Below are positions 9,278 to 17,271 of a stretch of 64,000 nt of DNA, piece by piece (position 1 is the first letter of the stretch; each line of letters starts with the position of its first letter). The DNA comes from Bacillota bacterium. Lineage in GTDB: Bacteria; Bacillota; SHA-98; Ch115; JABLXJ01. A program made the position numbers and the translations under genes. The stretch covers positions 6,141-70,140 of the forward strand of contig DUMQ01000146.1 of assembly GCA_012839815.1 (NCBI GenBank), in the 5' to 3' direction. Under the pieces are notes generated by a model that had not been told where the DNA came from, did no database searches, and saw only the letters and a list, made by a program, of their open reading frames with translations.

Positions 9278-9550
9278 TTAGTCATGACTCTTGCCTCCTT
9301 CCAACTTGTCGAGGAGTTCCTGAGTGGAGTAGTGTTTGCGCTCACGCTGGGTTTCAGCGATGGCGGCAGCTATCTTTTGCCTGGTCTGTTCAAGTTCAGC
9401 GCGAAAGAGAGCATCGCGCTTTAATTCCGTCACGTATTTTGGGCTATAGCCACACATGCGCGCTATGGCGTGTTGCTTGTAGTCATCGCCAGCGGCAATC
9501 AAGAAGCGAATTAGCATGTAGTGGTGGGGGTTGAGCTTTCTCAACGGCAT
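9278..9550 (-). CDS. Small HTH protein, possibly terminase-small-subunit-like
   Basis: IARMCGYSPKYVTELKRDALFRAEL HTH-like segment followed by a helical tail; GGAGGTGG RBS before the ATG at 9550. Confidence 0.55.
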   Translation of the reverse strand: MPLRKLNPHHYMLIRFLIAAGDDYKQHAIARMCGYSPKYVTELKRDALFRAELEQTRQKIAAAIAETQRERKHYSTQELLDKLEGGKSHD

Positions 9551-9693
9551 GGAAGCCACCTCCAAAAATGCATAAGTTCTGAAACTATCATGGGAAAATT
9601 CCCTTATTTTCCAGTCCCTGACTAGCGGGTCAAGGGGGTCTTATCTCTTGCATACTTCTCCCAGCATCAGATTTACACCCCCCTGCATATGTC

Positions 9694-9845
9694 GCTAACA
9701 CTGCTAATACTTCGGGGGAACCCTTGAGCCACAAGGCTTTAAGAGGTCAAAAAGTGTTAGCGCCCCCCGCTAATGGTGCTAACACTTCAGGTCCATTAGC
9801 ACCATTAGCGGTATTAGCGTTAATAGCACCATTAGCACCGTTAGT
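9694..9845. repeat. Iteron-like TTAGC array (candidate replication origin)
   Basis: TTAGC-type motifs every 9 bp at 9796, 9805, 9814, (9823), 9832, (9841); inverted GCTAA at 9694, 9703, 9769, 9778; 10-bp inverted repeat 9752-9761/9778-9787. Confidence 0.65.
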
Positions 9846-11813
9846 GCTGTTACCTACCCTGTCTAGGGTGGTGGTGGGGGTCACGGTATATTTCCCATAG
9901 CCCACCCGAATAACTTGACCCTCTTGCACGAGCTTATTCAAGAGAAAGCGTATGTTGGTTTCCTTCCTACCCAATTGGTCTGCAATCGCCTTGGGGGTCA
10001 AAACTTCACCTGCTTCCCTAAGTGTCTTAAGAATTTCCCGTCGTTCCTTACTCATGCGGTATTCTTCTGCGTCTCCTAGAATAGTCCAGCCGCCCGTTTG
10101 TAGGTCAAAGGTCAAAGCGATTTCTTTCTCCTCAATGTCTCTCCCAGTTATCAGGAGTTCCGCATCGGCCTGTCCTCGGCTTCGTTTTAACACCCACACA
10201 GCGTCAGCCGCCCCTGACAGTCCCGTCGATCCACTAGGGCTGTCGGTGAAGTCTTCGGCGTCCCGCTTGCTTGTATGATGTAAAATCAGCATGGATACCT
10301 TATGGCTGTCGGCAAGGTTCTTTAGTAGAGCTATGGCCTCATAATCTACGTCATAGAGATTGCGGTTCGGTTTTTCCCTTGGCCGAATTCGCTTCAAGAC
10401 ATCTATGACAATCAGCTTGACATTGGGATGTTCAGAAAGCCACTTTTCAAGGGTCTCCCTTCCTCCGTCGTCAAGCCTTAGCCATTCGGTTACAAGATGC
10501 AGCCCCTCTGGCACAGGGGTTCCCCTGAGCAGGATTTTTAACCTGTCTTGTAATCGGCGCTCAGAATCTTCCAAGGCTAGATACAGCACCTCCCTTGGCT
10601 CAACGCGGATTTTTCCGAATGCATAGCCGCCACAAGCCACTGCGATTGCTATTTCTAGCGCCATCCAAGATTTCCCTGATTTCGGCTTTCCGGCCAGGAG
10701 GGACACACCTTCGGTTAAAATGTCTGGTATAATCCATACCGGTTCGGGTAACTCTTTTTTCAGCAGGTCCGGTGCTGTGATTACTTTTGGCGTCCATTGG
10801 AATGCTCTAGTTGAGCCTGTTTTTGCAGCAGGATATCTGCACACGGATTTCACAATGGTGGTCAACTCGTCATCGGCCAGCGGAGGTTCGCACCGCTCCT
10901 GATTTACGGCCCTTAGCGCTGCAAGGATAGCTCCTTCGTCAGCCCCTCGTTTACGTAAGGACCCCGCAATGCTTGTTAATGTGGTGTTCCTCTGGCCTTC
11001 GGGAATGGGTTCAGCCAAAACGTCTTTAGCTACTTTGGGACGGGTTTCTAACTTATCTATCACCCACTGTGGCAGTGGTGCAAGCTCAACCTCGCCCAGA
11101 CCATGGCCTTCCTCAAAACGATAGGGCTCACCATCGGGGTGTATGGATGGTGGGGCCACAACATAGCCACCATCAGCCTTTATATCTACGCCTGGCAGAA
11201 CGGCTTTGCTGGGCACCTTTTGAGCGCCCACAGGATACGCGAAATAAAAGTGCCTACCCCTGGCAGTTCCAACGGTTGGAGTCCTAGGCACCTCGAACCC
11301 ATGTTCGGCAAGAGACTCGAACCCTTTTTCCCCATCTATGTCCAGCACTACAAGGCCTGAGACCCTGCCCGTAACAATGCCAATATTGGCCTCGGGCCAT
11401 TCCTCCCACTGTGCCTTAACCTGGTCTGGGCTGACTGGGTGGTCTTGAGCATCTTTCCAAGGAGTTAGAGGTTCCTTGGTGCGGGGCTTGAGGGGAATCA
11501 CGGAAAAGCCTCGCTGTGCATACCCTATGGCGGCTTGTCCAAGGCTGCGCCCCATATGAATTGGGAGCCCCGCGGCCTTTAAGATATCCTCTAGCGAACA
11601 TCCGTTCGCACATTTCACGTCGGTGATGGTAAATTCGTCGGCAACCCAGCCCCCTGTGATGGCCAATGCGCCTGTTGACCAGGTGGTCTTGTCTCTTTGA
11701 CAATTTGGACAATCCGCCGTCCAGCCTTTATTTGCGCGCTGGACGTTTTTGAGCTTGTTAATAAACTGTTGCAGTGGATTGCAGAGGGCAAGCATGTTTG
11801 AATTGGCGGCCAT
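9747..11813 (-). CDS. Bifunctional primase-polymerase / AAA_25 helicase replication protein
   Basis: N-terminal CxxC Zn finger, Prim-Pol (NIGIVTG, LVVLDID, GRHFYF, GGYVVAPPS.H), PriCT-1 (EGQRN..L..AG.L), Walker A GKPKSGKS, IHHT.K-like motif, C-terminal wHTH. Confidence 0.92.
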   Translation of the reverse strand: MAANSNMLALCNPLQQFINKLKNVQRANKGWTADCPNCQRDKTTWSTGALAITGGWVADEFTITDVKCANGCSLEDILKAAGLPIHMGRSLGQAAIGYAQRGFSVIPLKPRTKEPLTPWKDAQDHPVSPDQVKAQWEEWPEANIGIVTGRVSGLVVLDIDGEKGFESLAEHGFEVPRTPTVGTARGRHFYFAYPVGAQKVPSKAVLPGVDIKADGGYVVAPPSIHPDGEPYRFEEGHGLGEVELAPLPQWVIDKLETRPKVAKDVLAEPIPEGQRNTTLTSIAGSLRKRGADEGAILAALRAVNQERCEPPLADDELTTIVKSVCRYPAAKTGSTRAFQWTPKVITAPDLLKKELPEPVWIIPDILTEGVSLLAGKPKSGKSWMALEIAIAVACGGYAFGKIRVEPREVLYLALEDSERRLQDRLKILLRGTPVPEGLHLVTEWLRLDDGGRETLEKWLSEHPNVKLIVIDVLKRIRPREKPNRNLYDVDYEAIALLKNLADSHKVSMLILHHTSKRDAEDFTDSPSGSTGLSGAADAVWVLKRSRGQADAELLITGRDIEEKEIALTFDLQTGGWTILGDAEEYRMSKERREILKTLREAGEVLTPKAIADQLGRKETNIRFLLNKLVQEGQVIRVGYGKYTVTPTTTLDRVGNSTNGANGAINANTANGANGPEVLAPLAGGANTF

Positions 11814-11825
11814 CGGTCTCCCCCC

Positions 11826-12011
11826 TTAGTTACCCTGAGAAGCCCTGAGAAACTCCTCGACTGCCTCTATGGGAATTACAATCCGTCGGCCTATTCTGAC
11901 GGCTTTGAGCTTACCTGCACGAATAGCCTCATAAATCTTCGTTCGCCCAAGTCCGAGTACTTGCACCAGTTCCTCGGGGCTGTAAGCAAGTGGCTTCAGC
12001 TCTCGTTTCAT
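11826..12011 (-). CDS. Excisionase/AlpA-like HTH_17 DNA-binding protein
   Basis: YSPEEL.QVLGLGRTKIYEAIRAGKLKAVRIGRRIVIP; AAGGAGG RBS. Confidence 0.88.
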   Translation of the reverse strand: MKRELKPLAYSPEELVQVLGLGRTKIYEAIRAGKLKAVRIGRRIVIPIEAVEEFLRASQGN

Positions 12012-12033
12012 TGTTTATCCCTCCTTTTACCAC

Positions 12034-12062
12034 TTGACTGTCTTCGTTCCTTATGGTATCAT
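12034..12062 (+). promoter_or_regulatory. SigA-type promoter in the divergent control region of the element
   Basis: TTGACT-17 nt-TATCAT with an extended TG. Confidence 0.6.
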
Positions 12063-12116
12063 ACAGCCGTCCTCGGAGTTAGCCCGATGCGAGGAGTTTT
12101 GCGAGGAGTGGTAGGG

Positions 12117-13013
12117 ATGGTGTTTAAGGGGCAACGTGGCGAAGCAGTTGCTATGGAAGGTAAAATCAGTCTTCGTTATCCGCTTGAAGATTATCTCCTA
12201 CCTTTAGTGCCGAAACCGGAGGAAGAGGCTGGGCGTCCGGCTTACGTAAGGTTTGCGGCCCTTGCTGAAGCGCCCGATGAAGATATCGTCAAGTTTGCCA
12301 GCCGGTTCGGGTTGTTGGGTTTGAGGACCAGAATGGTGTACAAACTGAGAGAAGGAGACGACGGAGAGGCTGACCTGCTGGAGTTTGAAGGACACCCCGA
12401 CCTGGCCGAGGAATTAAGGGAATCAAGAGCCCGGAGCAGGACTACCGCGTGGAAGCGAGCCCTCGAACAGTCGACACCCCCCTTGGTAACAGAGGGTGAA
12501 CCAATCCTATGGTGGCGACGAGAGGCCAAACGGTTAGACCGATTGATACGCATCAGCGGTATGTTGAGAGAGGCCGAGGAAGGTGGCCTAGAAAGCGATG
12601 ATGTAGTTCAGTTGCGTAAAATGGTTTGTGAGGTTAAGGGCTGGGGTAGCCAGGATTTGATTCCAGACCTTAAGTTTCCTGAAGTAGTTGATTTCAGTCG
12701 CGATGCAATGAGCCGCCGAGTCAATAAAGTGCTAACGGGCCCATCGCGCCTCGAATACGTAGCCAAAGAGGGGTGGCGATTCTCCTATAAACCGACCACC
12801 CTGCTAGAGGCGTTATACGTTCAGTTCATCCAGGGATTGGTCGTTGGGCTTGAAGCCCGCTTTTGTAAGAATCCAAACTGCCCTCATGGCGGGTGGTTTG
12901 TGCCGAATGATCGCCGTCAGCTTTACTGTTGCAAGCAGTGCCGATGGGCCAACAACAAACGGCGACAGCCTAAGCCTAAGGCATTTCCAGTTCGAGAAGA
13001 GGGGGCCGTGTAA
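12117..13013 (+). CDS. Protein with C-terminal CGNR-type zinc finger (putative element regulator)
   Basis: RFCKNPNC...WFVP..RRQLYCCKQCRWANNKRR; GAGGAG RBS before the ATG at 12117. Confidence 0.7.
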   Translation: MVFKGQRGEAVAMEGKISLRYPLEDYLLPLVPKPEEEAGRPAYVRFAALAEAPDEDIVKFASRFGLLGLRTRMVYKLREGDDGEADLLEFEGHPDLAEELRESRARSRTTAWKRALEQSTPPLVTEGEPILWWRREAKRLDRLIRISGMLREAEEGGLESDDVVQLRKMVCEVKGWGSQDLIPDLKFPEVVDFSRDAMSRRVNKVLTGPSRLEYVAKEGWRFSYKPTTLLEALYVQFIQGLVVGLEARFCKNPNCPHGGWFVPNDRRQLYCCKQCRWANNKRRQPKPKAFPVREEGAV

Positions 13014-13083
13014 CCCTAACACCATAAAATCAGTGGGAGGCTCACAGAAGGCCAGCTACGGGCCATTTAAGGATGTGACTCTT

Positions 13084-13142
13084 AGAGCGCCGGCCTCCGG
13101 AGCCGGGTGCGCAGGTTCGAGTCCTGCTAGGCGCACCATTTT
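13084..13142 (+). repeat. attR core (duplicated 3' part of tRNA-Arg)
   Basis: Identical to 6677..6735. Confidence 0.95.
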
Positions 13143-13333
13143 ATTTTTGTGACCCAAGTTAGCGCGCGTGCGTCCTTGTCGCTTTTAGGCTTACCTCGGG
13201 TGGCGCGCCGTAGAGAGATCCCAGCGCGCTTTACTGATATCGGGCCGTGCAGAAATCAGACCAACCGATCTCATATCCGCATTCATATCATATATAGAAG
13301 GGCGAAGCAGAAGGGCGAAGCGGGGAATGAGAC

Positions 13334-13442
13334 ATGGATGACCTGACTGCGATGAAGAAGGTGCTCGCGGGTGATGAAGATCATGAAGGCGTGGCTCTAT
13401 GGGATTGCGTCTAACCTGTGCGTGGATGCGCTCAGAAAGCGA
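13334..13442 (+). pseudogene. Collapsed relic of an ECF sigma factor gene
   Basis: MDDLTAMKKVLAGDED (ECF N-terminus-like) joined out of frame to KAWLYGIASNLCVDALRKR (sigma region 2-like). Confidence 0.6.
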
Positions 13443-13454
13443 GGGGTGTTTACT

Positions 13455-14438
13455 GTGAATTTAAAGAGAAGGTTTGCGATCGTCGCTGTCATGGCAGCCT
13501 TGGTTGTGCTGTGGACAGTGCTGGGAGGGGGGCTATCCCCAGCCGCCTTTGCCCAAATCAGGAAAAGCGGCACTTCCGTTGTCTTCGGAGGCCCAATTTA
13601 CGTTCCCGCAGGCGAGACAGTTGAAGGTGATGTCGTATCCTTTGGCGGCAGGGTTACGGTGGACGGTCATGTGGACGGAAACGCCGTGTCGATCGGGGGT
13701 CCTGTCGAGATAAACGGCACTGTCGAAGGGGATGTAGTATCCGTCGGGTCCCAGGTTTCGCTGGGAGAGAACGCCAGAGTGCGCGGGGACGTTACCAGCG
13801 TAGGAGGGACGGTCGATAGAGCTGAGGGCGCTGTCATCGAAGGCAGCGTTACAAGCGGAGGTTTCCCGTTCAAGTTCAACTTCCACGGCATAATGTGGCC
13901 CGGGACCCGCTGGATGCCCTGGCATATGTCCTGGGGGCGGGGATTCTTTGGGGCTATGTGGATCGCGCGGCTTGTCGGCGCACTGGTTTTATCCCTGGTC
14001 ATTGTTGCGGTCTGGCCCAAGCACATAGCATCTGTGGCTGAGGCGATCGAGGTGAGGTTGGGGCGTGTGGCGCTCACCGGCCTGATTGCATGGCTTCTCT
14101 TTGTGCCTGCCATGATCCTCCTGGCGGTTACGCTGATCGGCATCCCGCTTATCCCTTTGTGGGGCTTGTTCTATGTGGCAGCAGGGGTTATGGGCCACGC
14201 CGCCATTGCGGTCCTGGCCGGCGACAAGGTTGCAAAGCTCGCTAATACCAGCATGACAACCTTCCTAAAGGTGATCGTCGGGGCACTCGTCATCGCGCTC
14301 CTCGGGTGGGTTCCCGGAATGGGAGTCGTTGTCGCCATCGCTGTAGCCGTGATCGGCCTCGGGGCAGTACTTGATACCAGGTTTGGAACCAACAAGCCCT
14401 GGTTCCCACCTCGCCAGCCCGTGCCTCCTAATAGCTAA
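13455..14438 (+). CDS. Bactofilin-like (polymer-forming) beta-helix plus multi-TM membrane protein
   Basis: Signal peptide, repeated V.GDVVS.GG.V...G units, then several TM helices; GAGGGG RBS before the GTG. Confidence 0.8.
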   Translation: MNLKRRFAIVAVMAALVVLWTVLGGGLSPAAFAQIRKSGTSVVFGGPIYVPAGETVEGDVVSFGGRVTVDGHVDGNAVSIGGPVEINGTVEGDVVSVGSQVSLGENARVRGDVTSVGGTVDRAEGAVIEGSVTSGGFPFKFNFHGIMWPGTRWMPWHMSWGRGFFGAMWIARLVGALVLSLVIVAVWPKHIASVAEAIEVRLGRVALTGLIAWLLFVPAMILLAVTLIGIPLIPLWGLFYVAAGVMGHAAIAVLAGDKVAKLANTSMTTFLKVIVGALVIALLGWVPGMGVVVAIAVAVIGLGAVLDTRFGTNKPWFPPRQPVPPNS

Positions 14439-14585
14439 TCCTAATAACTATAACCAACCTAAAACAACTAATCAAGGAAAACGAATAGTAAAGGCATCAA
14501 TCACGACACTCGAGGACATTCCAGGGTCTCGATGAGATGATGTCGCACCCTGTCCCTCTATTTAGGGAAAAATCGAAAAGGCGGC

Positions 14586-14612
14586 GAAGGAAATTTCTTA
14601 ATTATAGAGAAT
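14586..14612 (+). promoter_or_regulatory. SigH-type promoter of the spo0A-like gene
   Basis: GAAGGAAAT-11 nt-AGAGAAT. Confidence 0.65.
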
Positions 14613-14717
14613 TAGTTATTAGTTATAGTACTTCCCGCGGAACCTTATAGAGACATATTTTTAGAGATAAACTTGTCCCATATTTTCCATTTTCGCCTTT
14701 TTGGGGGGGTGCAGGGT

Positions 14718-15515
14718 ATGTGGGATGATGGTAAGATCAGGGTTCTTGCGGTCGAGAATAATAGGGACCTCTGCGAGATCCTTGAGGTGCTTATAAAAAA
14801 TGAGGAGGATATGGAATGGGCTGGAGCAGCCTACGACGGGTTGCAGGCCCTGGAGAAGATCAAACAGGCTACGCCCGATGTTGTGCTTCTGGATATTATA
14901 ATGCCCAACCTTGACGGTATGGGGGTCCTGCAGCGGCTTGACGAGATGGAGCTCTCCAAGAGGCCCAGGATCATCATCCTGACGGCGTTTGAGGAAGAGG
15001 AGCTAATTAAGAAGAGCGTCAAATTGGGCGCTGACTACTATGTCCTCAAGCCGTTTGACCGGGACAGCCTTATACAGCGGATAAGGCAGCTTGCCAGGGG
15101 GGACCAGGAAACGACACCCCTGCGTAAGACCAAACCGGCAAAACGCGCAGCTGAAGATAGGTTAGATGGGGATGTCTCCAGGATTCTCTACAAGATGGGG
15201 GTACCGACTTATTTTAAAGGATATATTTATTTAAAGGATGCCATCATAATGGTAACGAAGGAGATCGGGCTTTTGGGGTCTGTGACCAAGATCTTGTACC
15301 CCCGGATAGCCGAGAAATATGGGACTACGCCCTTGATAGTCGAGGCGGCCATAAGGTATACCATCCAAAAGACTTGGAAGCAGGGCAATCCGGAATATAT
15401 AAACAGGATATTTGGCTATGCGGTTAATCTGAGGGAGGGGAAGCCCCCGACTAACTCCTTTTTTATAGCGAGAATTGCGGAAGAGCTCAGACTCGGGATG
15501 GTTGAGGAAGCCTGA
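14718..15515 (+). CDS. spo0A: Spo0A-family response regulator (divergent, possibly a paralogue)
   Basis: Receiver LLDIIMP.LDG..LTAF..KPFD plus Spo0A_C (GVP...KGY.YL.DAI, VTK.LYP.IA.KY.TT, FGY, KP.TNS.FIA). Confidence 0.8.
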   Translation: MWDDGKIRVLAVENNRDLCEILEVLIKNEEDMEWAGAAYDGLQALEKIKQATPDVVLLDIIMPNLDGMGVLQRLDEMELSKRPRIIILTAFEEEELIKKSVKLGADYYVLKPFDRDSLIQRIRQLARGDQETTPLRKTKPAKRAAEDRLDGDVSRILYKMGVPTYFKGYIYLKDAIIMVTKEIGLLGSVTKILYPRIAEKYGTTPLIVEAAIRYTIQKTWKQGNPEYINRIFGYAVNLREGKPPTNSFFIARIAEELRLGMVEEA

Positions 15516-15533
15516 GGAAGCCTGGTAAGGGTA

Positions 15534-15561
15534 TTGACACAAGGGGAACGGGTGTTATAAT
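15534..15561 (+). promoter_or_regulatory. SigA-type promoter of ktrB
   Basis: TTGACA-16 nt-TATAAT with an extended TG. Confidence 0.8.
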
Positions 15562-15640
15562 AGAACAGGATTGCTGGAACCGGGACGCAAAAGACCTTCG
15601 TCGGGGCAGGCGTGTGAGCCGCCGGCGAGGTCTTTGCTAA

Positions 15641-15706
15641 TGTCACGGGGCATTTCATCTAGTGTCGCAGGGTATTTCGTCTAGTGTTGCGGGGCATTTC
15701 GTCTAG
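15641..15706 (+). repeat. 3 x 22-bp tandem repeat in the ktrB leader
   Basis: TGTCACGGGGCATTTCATCTAG / TGTCGCAGGGTATTTCGTCTAG / TGTTGCGGGGCATTTCGTCTAG. Confidence 0.85.
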
Positions 15707-15731
15707 CGAGAGTCGGGGCAGGGGTGGGAAT

Positions 15732-17105
15732 ATGGCCGGCATAGCGGATGTTATCTCTCACTTATATCAGAAGCTACCGAGGTTTCAACGGTTAACCCCA
15801 TCACAGGTCTTGGTCATCGGCTTTGCGGGCTTAATTTTTTTAGGCGCTATTTTGCTGAGCCTCCCTATCGCCTCCAGGGACGGCCAGCCGTTGCGCTTCA
15901 TTAATGCCCTCTTCACTGCAACTTCAGCTGTCTGCGTTACCGGCCTTGTTGTTGTCGATACACATGATCAGTTTTCCCTCTTTGGGCAGCTGGTGATAAT
16001 ACTCTTGATCCAAGCGGGCGGCCTCGGAATAATGGTGGTCTCGACATTGATTGCCCTCGTGCTTGGACGCCGGATAGGCCTGAGAGGCCGGATTCTGATC
16101 CAGGAGGCCATGAACCAGTTTACGCTCGAGGGAATGATAAGGCTGATCAAACAGGTCATCGCTGTGACGGCCATCGTTGAAGGGACAGGCGCGCTCCTTC
16201 TAGCGTTTCGATTCATCCCGCAAATGGGATTTGTTAAAGGCCTATATTACGGGGTTTTTCATGCAGTATCAGCCTTTTGCAACGCCGGGTTTGACCTGTT
16301 CGGGGGCTTCAGGAGCCTCATCGGCTACAGAGATGATGTCCTGGTCAACCTGGTCATGACCAGCCTTATAATAACAGGTGGCATAGGTTTCGCCGTTATC
16401 ACCGATGTCTGGCAGTACTTCAAAACAAAACATCTCGCGCTTAACAGCAAGATAGTGCTGGCGGTAACGGCGGCGCTGATCCTGATCGGCACAGCTACGA
16501 TTCTCTTGCTAGAGTGGGACAACCCGCGCACTATGGGAGATCTGCCTCTCGGCAGCAAGATTTTGAGTTCATATTTTCAGGCTGTAACGCCGAGGACGGC
16601 GGGGTTTAATACCTTGCCCATCGGCGACATGCGCAGCGCGACGCTTTTCTTCATTATCATCTTAATGTTCATCGGTGCCTCACCGGGGTCCACGGGCGGC
16701 GGCATTAAGACCACCACCTTCGGGGTTCTCGTGATCGCGGTCTGGAGCGTTGTGCGGGGCCGGGAAGACTCTGAGGCCTTTGGCCGCAGGATTCCCCACA
16801 GAGCAGTCTACCGGGCCCTTGCCGTTGCCATGATTTCGCTAACGCTTGTCGTAGTGGTTACTATGCTTCTTTCCATTACCGAGAGGGTGACGTTTATTAG
16901 GGTTCTATTCGAGGCTACGTCAGCCTTCGGTACAGTTGGGCTTTCTACCGGGATTACGCCGGGCCTCACGGCAATCGGGAAGATCGCTATAATTCTCACC
17001 ATGTTTGCGGGCCGAGTTGGTCCTCTTACGATAGCTACGGCTATAGCCCAGAGGCTTTGTATAAACGGGGTTAAATTCCCCGAGGAAAGGGTAATGGTGG
17101 GGTAA
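15732..17105 (+). CDS. ktrB: KtrB/TrkH-family K+ uptake permease
   Basis: Four pore loops: SAVCVTGL, SAFCNAGF, TPRTAGF, SAFGTVGLS; GSTGGGIKTTT. Confidence 0.93.
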   Translation: MAGIADVISHLYQKLPRFQRLTPSQVLVIGFAGLIFLGAILLSLPIASRDGQPLRFINALFTATSAVCVTGLVVVDTHDQFSLFGQLVIILLIQAGGLGIMVVSTLIALVLGRRIGLRGRILIQEAMNQFTLEGMIRLIKQVIAVTAIVEGTGALLLAFRFIPQMGFVKGLYYGVFHAVSAFCNAGFDLFGGFRSLIGYRDDVLVNLVMTSLIITGGIGFAVITDVWQYFKTKHLALNSKIVLAVTAALILIGTATILLLEWDNPRTMGDLPLGSKILSSYFQAVTPRTAGFNTLPIGDMRSATLFFIIILMFIGASPGSTGGGIKTTTFGVLVIAVWSVVRGREDSEAFGRRIPHRAVYRALAVAMISLTLVVVVTMLLSITERVTFIRVLFEATSAFGTVGLSTGITPGLTAIGKIAIILTMFAGRVGPLTIATAIAQRLCINGVKFPEERVMVG

Positions 17106-17271
17106 ACCACCAGAAAAGGCTTTATGTGGGTGACCGGGCAGGCAGGGTAGGGATCACAATTGAGTGGATAGATATGCGCCAATTTGGGTTTTCTTCATAT
17201 CATAATAGAGTGAAGGGATAGAGGCTCCTGGAGCTCTATCTTTACAAACTGATTGGGAGGGTCTAATTAGG

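Larger units (their letters stand above)
6677..13142. mobile_element. Integrated ~6.4 kb phage-satellite (PICI-like)/integrative element in tRNA-Arg(CCG)
   Basis: 59-bp direct repeats at both ends, adjacent tyrosine integrase, primase-helicase and Xis/AlpA genes; visibly more AT-rich than the flanks; no capsid or tail genes. Confidence 0.92.

Noticed and set aside
8878-9534. 218-aa plus-strand ORF in the element
   Set aside because: Antisense to RBS-supported minus-strand genes; no recognisable motif
13084-13138. Second tRNA-Arg gene
   Set aside because: Lacks the 5' acceptor strand and most of the D arm; it is the attR duplication
15570-15640. c-di-GMP-I or c-di-AMP riboswitch (GGGACGCAAA present)
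   Set aside because: The upstream GCAAAC/GAAA-tetraloop stem and ydaO motifs are not visible; kept only as an unknown structured leader
15641-15706. CRISPR array
   Set aside because: Units are directly tandem with no spacers, and no cas genes are present
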